From NCBI GenBank assembly GCA_040954595.2, contig CM082597.2, positions 5,647,244-5,711,243 of the forward strand: a DNA stretch of 64,000 bases. The letters run 5' to 3'. Each line of letters opens with the position of its first letter. The first letter of the stretch is position 1. A program made the translations under genes and the position numbers. Positions 50,197-64,000 of the stretch are shown piece by piece. The notes under the pieces were generated by a model. It was given only the letters and a program-made list of their open reading frames with translations, was not told where the DNA came from and did not search any database. The stretch is from Balanoglossus misakiensis. Its lineage: Eukaryota > Animalia > Hemichordata.

Positions 50197-51704
50197 TTAA
50201 TATATTAGGTGTTTAAGATGAACCACTATTTTACAGTATTAGCCTGTGATATTCTTCCATTGAATCTTGGCTCGTGAACCAACACGAGTACTAGGACATG
50301 CGCAGTGTGCTGTTACTTCGTGAGATATATCCAGCATGATTAATTTCCCGTTGAGTTATGAGTGAAACGCTAGCTCTGAATCCATGACTTGTAAATTAGC
50401 CACGGGAATGTAGTTACTTAATTGAACCAGCAGAGTTTGACTCAACTATAAACAAGGTCCATTAAGGAAATGAAATATTTATAAAAGGTTGCTCTTAGCA
50501 CGCGCCGCTGGCTTTGTCTGCATATGATTCATTTTCTTCGGTGTGATTAGGTCAACCATTTCAAATGATCTGAGCTACAAATTCATGAAATTCTAGATAA
50601 TTTAACATGGCCATCGAGAGTATCCTGGCAGGGATAAATATCCAGAAAATAAAAACTTGGAGGTTAGTTCTCCTTAAGGGAAACTGTTTTACATCCACTG
50701 GATATAAATCTCCAAGAGGGTTAGGTTCGCACTGGAAAATAGGGTGCACTTTTACCTTGCGTAGTGCCCCTGAAGTCGATTATCATTTGAAGTGACCAAT
50801 TTACATATTATATCGGTATAATGCCCTCAAACCATGATTAAGGTATAATTTTATTCCGCGACACGTTTCGCTGTCTTTAAGACCGGCTGGATCGATAAAG
50901 CTCCTCTGGAAGTTGACTTTATCCGGGAAGATTAATGATAAGTCCGCTGTCTGTGAAGAAAAAATACGTTTAAAACATGATTTATTGTAAACCGATTGCT
51001 CTAGTTAACAAAATCGCATTAACCGCCAGGTTACTGCAACTTTTCGCTGTATTTTTGTTTTGTGGTTGCCTGGTCAACTCTGTAACACATGAAGAGCGAC
51101 TTTCCCCTATTTGGTTTCCGAAGAAAAATCTTTTGTATCAGCATTGTTGAAAATTGCATTCAAGTGCGGACTTATATTCAACAATGGGTGTTACTCATAT
51201 ACAGGAGTTGTTGAGAAACTTAAGACTGAACACTTCAGTAGATTAAGAAACCAAATTAAGTTGATAGACATGGGTAAAACACGACACACAAAAATTGCCA
51301 AAAGTTACAGATACTGGGGCTTTAAAGTTTCGGGCATTAACCTTGCAAGCGTTTTTTTTTCATTCCAGTAATGTAGTCAATGTATGCAGAGTTCTGCATC
51401 CCAACTTATATTGACTACTTCTACCTATATGAACTGTCAGTAGTTGATTGGAACAGATTTAATACTTCAAATTTAATGAAATGGTTTCCAATAAACCAAC
51501 TAATAAAAACCACTCCTGATATGGCATGCCGGTACGAGACTCATGCATCACCATTTTGCTTTAACCGAATATTAGCATGTCGAGCGCATGCGCGGTAATG
51601 CGTTTTCTCATATTTTTCCATATCTTGCATTCATGATACTTTTCCGTATTTAATATTACACTTTTACCTGTGAATATTTAGTATAAATTTTTTGTGATCA
51701 ACTT

Positions 51705-51871
51705 TACAACAATTATTACCCCATGGACCCTAATTCAACTCACATATGCAGCCATAAGCGCAGCAGAGCTAAACATACACAGAACAATCTCTGTCCTACC
51801 AGGTACCCATTACTCCTGGGTGGGGAGAAGCAATGAGAAATAAAGTGCCTTGCTCTAACCACTGAGCCATG
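51705..51871 (-). mobile_element. Degenerate tRNA-derived SINE
   Basis: Minus strand reads ATGGCTCAGTGGTTA (A-box-like), then GAGCAAGGCACTTTA...CCACCCAGGAGTAATGGGTACCTGG, a core typical of invertebrate SINEs; the B-box region appears deleted. Confidence 0.65.
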
Positions 51872-54800
51872 ATGTCTTCTATGTTGTCGCCTATTCTATC
51901 GATATCATACACTATCTTACTCCACCAAAACTACAGTAGATAGGAAAATACATATCCCAATATGGAACTGGTCGCCCGAAGGCTATCTTTCCACATTAAA
52001 TGCATCCATGTGCATTATTGATCTGCGAATCCCATTTCAACAAATCATTTTACCGACAAATATGAACAATACACGTAATCGCTCAATTTTCTCCGGAATA
52101 GTTCATAAATCTATAACATATAACCTATAATCGATTTGCCTTGGAGACGAAAAAGACTATCAGAGGAAACTGAGTATCCAGATGCATTTTCCAGTAGAGT
52201 CGACACAGTCAGTATATTATTTGTCCACCAACATAAACAAACTTAAGCTTCACATATTCGTAGACTAATTGATGCAGCTTTTCTGTGTGGACGCTGAATT
52301 TCATATAATCCATCCACATCCATCTTGTCTTGAGTAAAGTACGTAATGCGTAATACGGGTTGAAAAGTGCAATCAATCATTCCATGACGTTTCTTAATGT
52401 TGCTATTGAGACCAAGAAATGTTCTTGAATAGGAGAGAATAAATATTGCCCCCTGTAAACAAAGAAATGAAATCCCAGACTGGATTATTAGACTTGTTAG
52501 ATATCCCTGAAGTATACTCTTTCTTAGAATCCTCTTACAGTTGTTACTTAATGAAGTCTGGAGTTGTGTCGACAAGATGGCCCACGCGATAACATTACGG
52601 TTGAACTTATACATGCGGTAACCTCTTGGCATATAGGCTGCTGTCCCTGTATTGTTTACGAGTCACTCATCGTCTTTTCCATTAATCCTGCAATCCACAC
52701 TCCACCGACACAACCACGTGTTAAATAGTCTCGAGGTAATATGCAATTGCAAATGAATGTGGCAGGTTGGGGGAAATGTTTTCACGTCGGAGAAAATTTA
52801 GTCACAGAGAAATGTCTGTTAATCAATCTGTCACTCTAGAAAGACAATTACTGAGATTTTTTCTTTGATTTTATTTGACACCTGTCAATCGATCAGTCAG
52901 ATGAATTCATTGACAAATCATTGGATATTATTAAGTATTTATATTCAATTTAGGTTGTCCAGATCTGTACGGTACGTAATTACGCCAAAAAACGTGTCAC
53001 AAATTTCCGAAAATGATTAATGGTTAATTGGTTAATGTTTCTGTCACATTAAAGTTAGAATGTCTCTAAAAATGAATTTGTAGATTTCAGATAGTTTCCT
53101 TGCACTGGTGCGAAATGTATGTTTTTGATAAATTAAACGAACGCACAGCATTGATTATTCATGTTCACAAAATAACCAACGAACACTTTAAATTTAATGA
53201 TTGATATGTGGATTTAAATGTTGAAGAGAAGATACAAATGTTGCATTTTACAACATTTGCAGTAGTATAATAAAACATTGCACTCACGTTAGAAAATCCT
53301 TGGGTAAACAGAGCAACGCTTTGCCAGGATTTAATTAAAATAGATTGCAATGCTTGAACGAGACTGGGTAGTAGAACAAGTGGAACAAACCAACAAGTAT
53401 CGTACGGTGAAAGGGATACTTGTAAGTCTTTCAGAATTTTGCAATTATCTTAACCTGGGTGTTTCCAACACTTGACCGCTTACGAGTTGGGTTTACCCAT
53501 ACAAGTGCAATTACTGTGGTATCATCTTGACAAGTAATGCTATTCCCCAATATTTACTTGTGTATTTTCAAATAGCGAGTGATTTAAAATGAACGACGTA
53601 ACCTCCTTTAACTGCAATCTTGAAGGAAATCGATAGCAATGTGGCGGATGAAGTCTCCTCTTTACATACTGCAGCTGGATAGACAGAGTGACAATTGAGT
53701 TCGCTGTGAGTAATATTGGTTCAAGAGCCTATGCAAACAATAGATCTCTAACGGCTTTTTAATGCATTTAATAAAATACTTCTCAATCTCGATTGCTATT
53801 TTCTCTGAACTGGTAAAATAAGGTATTCCCAAGACTATAACTGTCGGTTTCGTCGTCTTAGATTAGAGCGACATACAAATTGAGAGCCAATTTTTGTGGA
53901 TCACTTCTAAATATTTTTGATAAGCCACCCCTAATTTGCAGCTACAGTGTGCATGATTAGACCCTGTTAGTTCGTATTATGGAATGCGTGGAACCGCTTT
54001 TTGAGATAGTCGCTGGAAAATTCCTTTTGCGAGTGGTCAAATGATTACATAAGGAGTGGGTATGCGTATTATAACAAGGTATTACGTCATCTTCTTAACC
54101 ACGAATTAAAAATTTCGAAGTTGATGTATCTGAGTGTGTATGCTAATTAGCCCTTGTAAGCATTTACATATGTTACAAGATCAAGATGGTTCCTGATGCA
54201 TCGGTGTCCACGGCATCTCAGGTGTGCAGATAGGTCGGTTGTTTCTGTGAATTCAGCGCCGTTCACACTTGATTGATCGTTAATTAAATCCAGTGAAGAA
54301 ACAAGCTAGTACAATCGGACTGACGAATTGGCGACAACTGTCTCGCCTAGAGCTAGCTCTTGCAGCTTAATTACTTTTTTCGCCCCCAATATTCGCTAGT
54401 TATTTGAACCCTAGCCTTTACGTCTGTGGCATGTCAAATGTTATCAATATTATGCATAAATGCAACAGTAAACGCCATCCAAAGGACTGTATTGTGATCG
54501 TGTTTCAAAATGTCCCTGTCATGGACAGGTAATTAAAGGAATATGTCAACCCAATAAATGAAACCTTGGAAATACTTCGATATATGAATATATGACAATT
54601 TGCATGTTAATAAGTAAATTAATGAAATAATTAGTTTTCCAATCTACTGAAGAACTCATTGACTCGTAATGTTATTAAGTTATGTTATGTTTGATGAAGT
54701 TCGCCTTCAGTGGCGATGCTAGTTGCCACTGTTGTCTTTCATTGCGAGATCACGTTCTCACTTGTTAGTCTGCAGCACCAGCAGCTCGCATGTACATGTA

Positions 54801-55206
54801 TCTGTTTGTATGTGCAGTATGATGTGCGTATCATCTTTCTATGCTGGCTAATAATCCCAAACTCGCGAGATGACTCACTCGGATTCCCAGCCCCGACATC
54901 GCTTCTCGGATCTCATCCAAAGCTCCGTCGAATAAGTTCAGCTCAATTCATTCGGAGCTTACAGTTTCTGACATCAGCGTTGATGTTTCAAAGGCCTACC
55001 CCCGACGTCGACATGTGTCAGATCCGCTGCCGCTAGAATCGCATGCCGAGCCGATTCGCTGTTGGAAATACTCACTTGCATGCGTTGACGGTTTGCTTCA
55101 CAGGATATCCGGATATCTGCGTTGGACGGCGTAATATGTTGATAGATTCTGAATGGGAAGGAGCAAGCTACCGTGTCTCTATTGAACGGTGCATCATCGA
55201 TTCAAG

Positions 55207-58200
55207 ATGACACTGAAGCTGTCAATATTTCTACTCCTGGCCGTCCACGGGCATCTCTGTTTCTCCGGGGTAAGTACTGATCGCTATTTGAAACGTCTAC
55301 ATTCTTTGCATTAGATAAGCCTGCAAGCAATGCCACATAGCTTAGAGTCATTCCTTGAGTGAAAACCTTCCTTGGTATGTGCAGTATCATGCTGTACTAG
55401 ACTAGTACTCGAAATATGCATTAGTCATACATGTGTATATTCCCCTCACATTTAAGTTTAAAGGTTTTCAACCGCTTGGCAATTCTACCAGATGAGCTAA
55501 AAAGCGTTTCACTTTTAAAGGGACACATGCGTCGATCATGTAATTTTTGGTGGACACCATAAATTACATTTTCGAAGATGCATTAGAGGGCAAATTTTTG
55601 GGAGGTGACCAGACAGTGAATTGAATCATTCATTTCAGCCGATTGTGACGTTAAGTTCATTTTATGTGAAACAGTTTAGTTTGATGACAAAGATGCAGAA
55701 AAAAACTTTATCACGAGCTGTGTCGCATTCATCCATCTTCCATCTGACGCTTTCGTCATGAAAATTCATGACGGCCAACGTCTCTAAAGTTCGAATAGGT
55801 TAAGTCACAGAAAGAGACGATGTAGTTAACGATTGTTTTAAACATAAAACTAAAGCTATCATAAATGTTATAGACAAGATACTTCTGTGAATGTGCCACG
55901 GAAATTGTTAAATTCAATAACAGGGAACTCTATTCCAGCTACATTTCCTTTTTTTCATTGTAGCTATTTGTGTTTTCAAACATTAAATCGATACTCCTTT
56001 GCCAGATCAATAACATGTCTCTTGTCAAGTAGTTACAGAAACGTTTATCGGAGCATGTTTCGATCGAACGGGAAATTGTGAACAGGAGATATGCCTACGC
56101 AAATTTCTGTCTAGCGGTGAAAACAGCGCCGTGCCTTTTAACGAGAAACCAGACAGCTGAACGCGACACCCGCCAGATGAACTTTTCAAAATGGCGTCTC
56201 CATTTCGTTCACGTCCCATTCGGCGATCATTGATGAGTCAAGAAGACTCACTCACTTCGAACATCAGTTCGATGACCTACAGTCCCTCTATCCCTGTTCG
56301 CTGTCAACCACTATGTCAAGTCGCGCGAATATCTGGAGTTGTGATACTCATAGATACACTGTCATTGCTTTGCTATATTAGGTTACAGTCAAGGTTAGTA
56401 ATTATCAGCAGAGGTATAATACTATCAACAGCGATAAAAATAGAAGGTGTTGCGCTCCAATAACAGAACTAATCAGTCGGATTTACTTCTATATTCTGGG
56501 GAAATTGCATGTGATTATTGGATGAAGTCATAACGATTCGAACAAAGAAAGAAATTAGTCTGAAGGTAAACTCGACTTGTGTGGGTTGCAGCTGTGAATG
56601 GAAGTCTTGCCTCTTATGTCATCAATGAAATTTTTTTTGCCATTCACAATTGAAAAATGTAGTTTCACGTTTCTATCATGCCAACTGGTAGCAAGTAGAA
56701 CATGTGCTAAATTTTCAATACAGTGAAAGGTGGAAATTTTGAAATGCACAGACTAGGGTACACAGCAATTTTCTGTCTGTATCGTCCGTATTCAACAGTC
56801 CAAGATATATATTGCCAAGCCAATAAAAATGTGCCCCGTCCATACAAACTGATTGATGAGAATAATACCTTAATAAGACGTCTACAATTGTAACTTGCTA
56901 GTACTCAGACATGTTACAATATATCTTATCTCAATTTTGATTTTCTAAATGTCTGGTATTACAGCGATATGTATTTCACCACTAGACAGCATGTTAGATT
57001 TAAGCAATAAAACACCCCCAGCCATGGTATACCACGAGATTTTGACCAGTTCACGACATATACGCACGAGCGATAGCGAGTGCGTATATGGAGTTGAACT
57101 GGTCAAAATCGAGTGGTATACCATGGCTGGGGTGTTTTATTGCTATTATATTATGCCGGTATATTGAAACTTGGCATAAAACATTTTAAAAAGGCATTTT
57201 CTTTGACTATGATATATGACTGTGGTATATGGCTAATATATCACGGTCACGTGTCGTGTCTCGACCAATCAAATAGCGTGATTTACACCATCAATATACT
57301 GGTATAATATAATAATCGATATATGGTAGTAAGTGTCTTGCTATGAAAGTTTTTGTGGTTATTTAAAACCAACACACGTTCACACAGCAGACCGTTTATT
57401 CTAAACTTGTCTTCATCACTGACGAACAGCGGTGCGTTTTGCAGATCAATAGTATCGGTTAGCGTTTGTCATTCATACATGACGTCTCTGTTATCTTTTC
57501 CTTGTCGTTGAGAACGTGTGTGCAGTAATTGAATTATCATGCAGTTTGAGTATAACCTAATTTGGAAGCCCTGACTGAAGCAGTGAATGTATCTCTCGTA
57601 TACTAGGGTCATTTTATTGGTTTGATCAATAAGCGTGGTTGACATAAAACGTTACTGGTAACTCTCACTGGGACATGTCTGGACAGGAATGCCTTCCACG
57701 TTCCATGTTATTCCACTGAATAGTCCCTGAAATGTCGTTAAGATTTAGAACATTGGGGTCGTTAGTGCTAGGATATATCACGAATTTAAAATTTCATTAT
57801 TCTATGAATTAAAACAGGAACTTAAATGCATTATTTGAAGATGTCATGTATTATGCAAACATGTCGGTTGTAAACAACTAAAGATTTACTGGACGGGATA
57901 TCATGGTGAGATCTTCGCCAGTAAATACGTGGAGATTCCTATATGGTGAAACATACGAGAACGTTGTACACGTATTTTATCGTGCGTATAGCCTTACTTA
58001 TACAAATCAGTTTTATCTATCGACGAACTTAAAGGGTGGGTATCGTCCCATCTGTGGCTGCGTGTAAACGGGTCCCATACAACACAGTGGCCAGCTAACA
58101 ATTATGAACATCATTGCCATTGCAAACAATGTGGTTGTTACTTTGTATTACTAAAATGTCAGTGACCTTATATATGAATATACAGAGTAAAAGTATTGCA

Positions 58201-60619
58201 ATTACTTTGTATTCTACTGTACATCATGGCAAACAATGTGTCGTTACAAGTTTCCAAGTTACTTTGATGTAACATGCATTGGTTTACAATTAATGCCATT
58301 TACTGTGCAAATCTTAGTCACAGCCTGCGATTGACCGTTTCTGGTTCAAATACATTTATTTTTCACTCAGTGGAATTATAATAGCTTTTTATTAGCATTT
58401 CATTGCACTGGTTGGCATTTTGTCTTTCAAAGAATAACTTTCACTAAATGAAAAACGTCAAATATATTTACTTAGTTTTGTTTTTTACAATAAATATGTA
58501 TTATTAAGTGCCCATTTACTCCTGTCAAAATGTGCAGTATATCATAAACCTGTAACTTTAAGGTATTTACGAGTATGCATTAGAATAAATCTGTCTCCTT
58601 TCTCTATAAACCTGGCATTCAGAATTTATCAAGCATCATTCATGATGAAAAATAAGTGGTGTTTTGATGAGGACCCAAGAAATTACACACAACTGGATAA
58701 ATGTCCTGTCATTACGTGCATGTTTGTCTGGTAGTTTATCAAAAATCACTGTACACTGCTTGCAAATACTGGTATGTACCTTTCTTTCGTACAAGTCTGA
58801 AATGAATAGAGTGTGATTTTACAAAAGTATTGATTTTTAGCTGTTATGTATATCGACCACAAAATTGACCAGCAGAAGCGTGATATGATATACAGATAGA
58901 TAATAATCAGATTTCAGGACATACATGTTGCAACGCAGTATTCACAGAACTACTAGGCTCCGGTCAGCACTAGCAAAAGGCCATGAGAAACATTTTCAAT
59001 TGTAAGGTCTGCAAAGTTGGGCCGATTTCAGACCTGTATGGACAGGTTTGTATACACCTGTGCAATTTGAGGCAATGATGTGAACACAGAACTGCACGGG
59101 TGTGTAAAAAGTTTGGGGTCTCTAGGCCATGTTACAAAGTCCGTGATCACAGAACTTTATACAGTTCTGTACAAGGGCGGAAATGTCATGATCTGTCACA
59201 ACACATTGATCACAGAACTGCATATACAGACATATCCTTAAAGCACTTTAAGCAGATGTGAACGACAGCTACTGTTACATCCATGCACTGCTTGTGATGA
59301 CACGGTCCTGTAGTACCTCGGGGCTCTGTCAAAACCTGCAGAGGACCTGTCACAGTGCTGATTGTTTAACTGAATACATGGGATGTGTCTCTTGAACCTC
59401 AGATTTTAGTTATTATCTGTCTGTATTCCCATCCAATATGTGTCAGCCTCTTTTGCACCTGCAAAAGGGCAAATATGCATCGACAATACATATTTTGATG
59501 TATCCATTAACATGTTAATTTGAGTGCAGACTCAACGAAAGCGATACTCTGACCTGTCTAATTCAACCACTGCAATACAGATGGTTCTTGTATTCTACAT
59601 GATATTATGAAATACATGTACATCAGGACAACTTTGACAATTATATATACACAGATTCTAAATCACAAACGGCTATATACAGGCCTTGCCCTATATCTAA
59701 AAGGATTCCGAGTGCGAAATATGAAATTATTGAGTTTCAGATTGAATTTTCCCTATTCAAAAGGATAAGATAACTTGGCAAATTTGCCCTGACTGCTGCA
59801 ATGTTTACTTAGAAGTAGTCATAAAATGGATTATATTATGAGAAAACCGAGAGAAAACTAAATCCTCCTTCATGGTAAACATTGTCTTTCGAAATCAATA
59901 TTGACTGACAGCAAGGAGACATGATGTCAAACCAGTACCTGTCAATCAAACGCTGGAATGCAATGTTACCATTGATCATATTATATTAAAATATATTATA
60001 TTAAATAGGCATTAAAGTATAGGTATATTGTCTTTATCAGCTTTGTCTAAAAGCAAATGCATAAACTTGATTAATATTTAAATAGAAAACAAAGGCTTTT
60101 CCCTGGCTAAACATTCAGTATCAAGAACTAATGCGAGAACCAGGGATTGAAAATTGCCCCTTTAATCATTGGAAACATGTATAGGCCTATGCATTTATCC
60201 ACTCATCCACCCATCATTAATAATGTGAGTGGGTTTTTTTCATTTGATTATACGTCATCTTTTACAGGAGCTACATTCCATACAAGGGCAGCAATGGGAG
60301 ACTTCTAAGATATCACAGAATAATTTTCGAACAAACTTAGCGTGTGAGTGTGTGACTCATTTCAGCAGAGACTCGTTGCTCGACGAAGGCACATCGACAA
60401 AGGATGAAAACCAGTGCAATCCTGTTTTTGTTGACTGTACTATCGAGGATAAGTTTAATTGTTATGGCGACGATAACATGGACAATGGAGATTCTTCTCT
60501 CCCGCCAGAGGCTAGCGGTACGTGCGTGTGTCGAGTGGAATGTGCTCACGTGATCAAGGAGTTTGCCTGTGATCCCGAGAGTAATTGGATGGGGCCTGGG
60601 TTACTGTGTGGTTTACATG
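55207..60619 (+). CDS. 5' part of a gene for a secreted or cell-surface Cys-rich protein (unknown family; incomplete)
   Basis: Exon 55207-55269 MTLKLSIFLLLAVHGHLCFSG ends at GTAAGT in phase 0 and joins ttttacag|60268-60619 (ELHSIQ...CECV...CNPVFVDC..FNCYG...CVCRVEC..FACDPESNWMGPGLLCG), which ends at GTGAGT in phase 1. Possible further exon at 63947 is uncertain. Confidence 0.7.
57003..57142. mobile_element. Near-perfect 140-bp palindrome, core of a non-autonomous DNA element
   Basis: AGCAATAAAACACCCCAGCCATGGTATACCAC...cgagcgatagcgag...GTGGTATACCATGGCTGGGGTGTTTTATTGCT; the element may extend to ~57310. Confidence 0.8.
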
Positions 60620-61486
60620 GTGAGTTGAATGTTTAACCATATCTTTGTCATTATCATTTTCGGTAGCTAAGCTTTCATCAGAAGACTATCAAATAGTTGA
60701 GTCATATGAAATATTGTGACTAAAATCATGTTTTGCCTACATTAATGAAAAAAAAATCCAACATAAAATAGTATGTATCAATTATTACTTCATACCCATT
60801 TATAACCCATTATGATTTACGACTCTGCACGTTATGTGGAAATTTTACATGTGTACAAAATCAGTACGACAGAGTATGAATTTGAGAAGGTTTCAGTAAC
60901 GACAGTACACCAATTGTGAACACGAATCTGTATGACGGCTGTTATCGTAAAACCTTTCAGCAGACATCAGTTTGCGATGTCAGTACGCGTCGTACCTTGA
61001 GACACGAGGTAAATCATTTTTGATGCGAACTGTTAAATCGACCATTTCGGTTTTGGGTGATTACATTTAATGCTTGACATCAAAAGGTATGCCCTAACCT
61101 TGTCATCCGTGTATATTCACACGGCAGTCATTCATTCTACACATAATTTTTTGACCTGTGTCAAATGTGCCTGCAACCATTGATAACTTTAACTTGCATT
61201 GCAAATTGATGGCATATTAATACAGCAATAGAATCAGAATTACGATTTGGCCCAAAGCTATGGGGACATTGGAAACAAATATGTATGTTTTCATTGGTTC
61301 CCTTTTCTAACCATAAATCAATCAAATCATTGTACCATAGCACCAGTTAAATTGGGATGTTGAATTTTCATTGGTTACGTTAATTACTTGCTTATGTACC
61401 ACTGGCTTTTCCACAGATGTATTCGGAACGAACATCCTATCTTTCTTGAATATTGACGATGGCTGTGTTGAGCTTTTTGGCGTTGC

Positions 61487-61511
61487 CATCATCATCATCA
61501 TCATCATCATC
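61487..61511. repeat. (CAT)n microsatellite
   Basis: Directly visible. Confidence 0.9.
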
Positions 61512-64000
61512 TTCATGAAAATAACGCATTTTTTACTCATATTGTATTAATATAGACACACCCACACAGTTATCTAGAAACAGAAGACAAACCAATATGG
61601 ATTTCCGGAGTACGGCCATCTCACTAATTCTAGCAGTCTGTCGAATATTTTGTCGACCGTCCGCACAGGAAACTGGTGAGTCAGTTTGTGGAGACACTAT
61701 ATTACTATGCTGAATATAAATGTTATGACAAAATCGCCAATGTACATAAAATTCGGTTGTACTCACTTTCGTGATTACACATGTATTCGTCGTCAAGGCG
61801 ACAGCGCTTAATAGAAATAGATTCTCACAAAAGCCGAAGCAATCCAAAGAGCAGTCGCATCCCAACTTTATAACAGAATCTTTTATCTAGTCATTTACTT
61901 AGCTCACCGAGGGGGCTACAAAGGGAATGAATTGGCGGAAAGGTAATCTTTCTCTGACATTTTGCAAATTGACGTTTTAGGTGAACGCGCCTTTATCCAG
62001 TGCGCGCTAATCATTCTTTATGCAGCAGCTAGGACTAAAAATGATTTACAAGACCGATCTAAGAGATAGCCCCAGCGCGAACCGAGTTACCCTTTTAGGA
62101 AAATGCCTATCTCACCCTGTGATCTTAATTGAGCAAACGGAGAAATGCGCAATTCACAACCAACCCAAGTTGATAGTATAGGTATGTGCGGTATTAACAA
62201 TGGAAATAAAGTGGTTCCATTACTTTGATGTACTGGGAATTCCTTCCTTGTCCATCGTGTATCACAAGGGTGGCAACATTAAGGGAATACACACTGATTG
62301 ATGTCTTGTAAGCTTACATGTATTAGCAACCTTACAGGAAACATATTTAACGAGGCAAATTGACGTTAACCGCTGAAGTGCAAGGTGTATTCACCACTTT
62401 CAATCATTAGGGATGACTGTGTAATTCTTGTTACCCTGAATAGGATTCTGCTGCCTAAGTGGGTGAAATTTTGTAACAGACAAAGTAACATATATGTAAG
62501 CAAGTTGATTGAGTTAAATATAATTTACTACAAATACAGAACTTGTAGACTTGGAGAAGTCATGAAATACAGATACCATACCATTTCATCAACCTCTTCC
62601 AACAGTGACTTGTCGACTATCTTACCCACAAAAATATTTGTATATAGTTGACCCCCCAGCATGAAGTAAAAATCATATTTAAGGTTGTTTTATTTTAATC
62701 CCACAATATAGTATGGAAATGCCAGGTATGTTCTTGCACATGGTCACCAATGCAATTTTAGCTACCGTTACCATAGAAGTAAAGTTTAATACACGGTATT
62801 GAAACGACATCAACATTCAAACAGAGTACTACATACAACATATAAATTTTGAAAATTTTAATTACTGGTACGAGAATAGCTGTGCGTGGGTTTTAGAAAA
62901 AACACCACAATATATAGTTCACCTCATCTCATAAAGTGCGGCTCATCTGAATTTAAACGATGTTAGTATAACCCATATCAAACAGTATGCACGTTCAAGC
63001 AAATATCTCCACTGATCAGCATGGATTTGTCAAGAATTAGATTTAGCACAACTAAATGGTTTCCTTAGATCTCATTGTAGCTTCAATGTGTGTGTAAAAT
63101 AAGGAAAACTCAATATACGCTGGCTGTAGCAAAGCATTTGATAGTGTCTGTCACACATTACTGATGTGCTGATGTACAAAACCACCACATTTGATATAAT
63201 ATGGATATTGGTTATATTCGAGACCCGCGGTCGTTTTATGTGTACAATACCTGCTTACTGAATACGTGGCGATTTAGCTATTTGGATGATATCAGTGACG
63301 GGAACCCCTATAGATTCAAAGCAGAAAACGCGCTCTAGGTCTCGTTATCGCGCAGTGTTATCAAACCAATGCATCTCCAACTTTCAGTAATTTCAAACGA
63401 TTAATGCATTTCCCCCTCTGGGGGTGAATAGATATGACAAGCAAAATATCACTTTCTTCGAACAAAAATTGCTAAGTGTGGCTATTCCGTCGTTCGATAA
63501 TGGCCCAATATTCATTTCTTAAGTCTGACGCGTCAGGGAAATAGCTTGAGCCGAATATTGAAGTTTTCATTCTTGTGATCAATCAATCCATATGCAATTA
63601 CGAACAATCAATCATGACTGTAATATGTGACGCAGTCAGGCAAAAATCTGCAATAAAAATGTTCTCATGAGAATATTACGAAACACGCCAATATCTGTGA
63701 TGAACTAAGCTTTCCGCATTCAGGCGCCAGACCGAGATAATACTCAGATGACGGGTTAGAACAAACATCATCTAAAACAAGGAAGTCAGGGAAAGGAAAT
63801 TGAATAATATTTTGAACTTCCAAAGTAAAAAATTTTCTGCAAAAATGATATTATTTAAGCTCCTGTTTTGAGAAATTTTAAAAGTGTCTTAATGTACAAA
63901 ACGCAAAATAGATGAGGTTGCAGTATCTCAGTTTATTTTATTTTAGGATTCATTTTGTCCATCGTCCAATTGGCTAATACAGCTCATTTACAAGGTTAAG

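Noticed and set aside
41000-54700. Many 60-130 aa ORFs in the gene-poor region
   Set aside because: Random-like composition, no domain motifs and no consistent exon chain found.
58900-59385. Segment with recurring cacagaact/gacctgt motifs, possible DNA transposon
   Set aside because: Could not identify matching termini or a target duplication.

Overview
AT-rich, intron-containing eukaryotic DNA from an animal; gene families and repeats suggest a marine invertebrate such as a hemichordate or echinoderm (inference). Bases 1-9.6 kb hold a recent head-to-head inverted duplication of a 6-exon gene for a small secreted protein (signal peptide, Cys-rich module, Pro/Thr linker, single VWD domain). 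Bases 12.5-39.9 kb hold six consecutive minus-strand genes for type II membrane (Golgi-type) glycan enzymes in three tandem pairs from unrelated families: two intronless GT-A glycosyltransferases, two WSCD-family sulfotransferases and two O-fucosyltransferase-like genes. This looks like a candidate animal gene cluster for a sulfated, fucosylated glycan. Bases 41-55 kb are gene-poor. From 55.2 kb a plus-strand gene for a secreted or surface Cys-rich protein begins. Repeats include two TTAA-target MITE families, a solo LTR, foldback MITEs, Penelope-like RT relics, a SINE, a ~145-bp tandem array and microsatellites. Exon structures were built by hand from GT-AG sites and reading-frame continuity; family names come from motif recall, not database searches.
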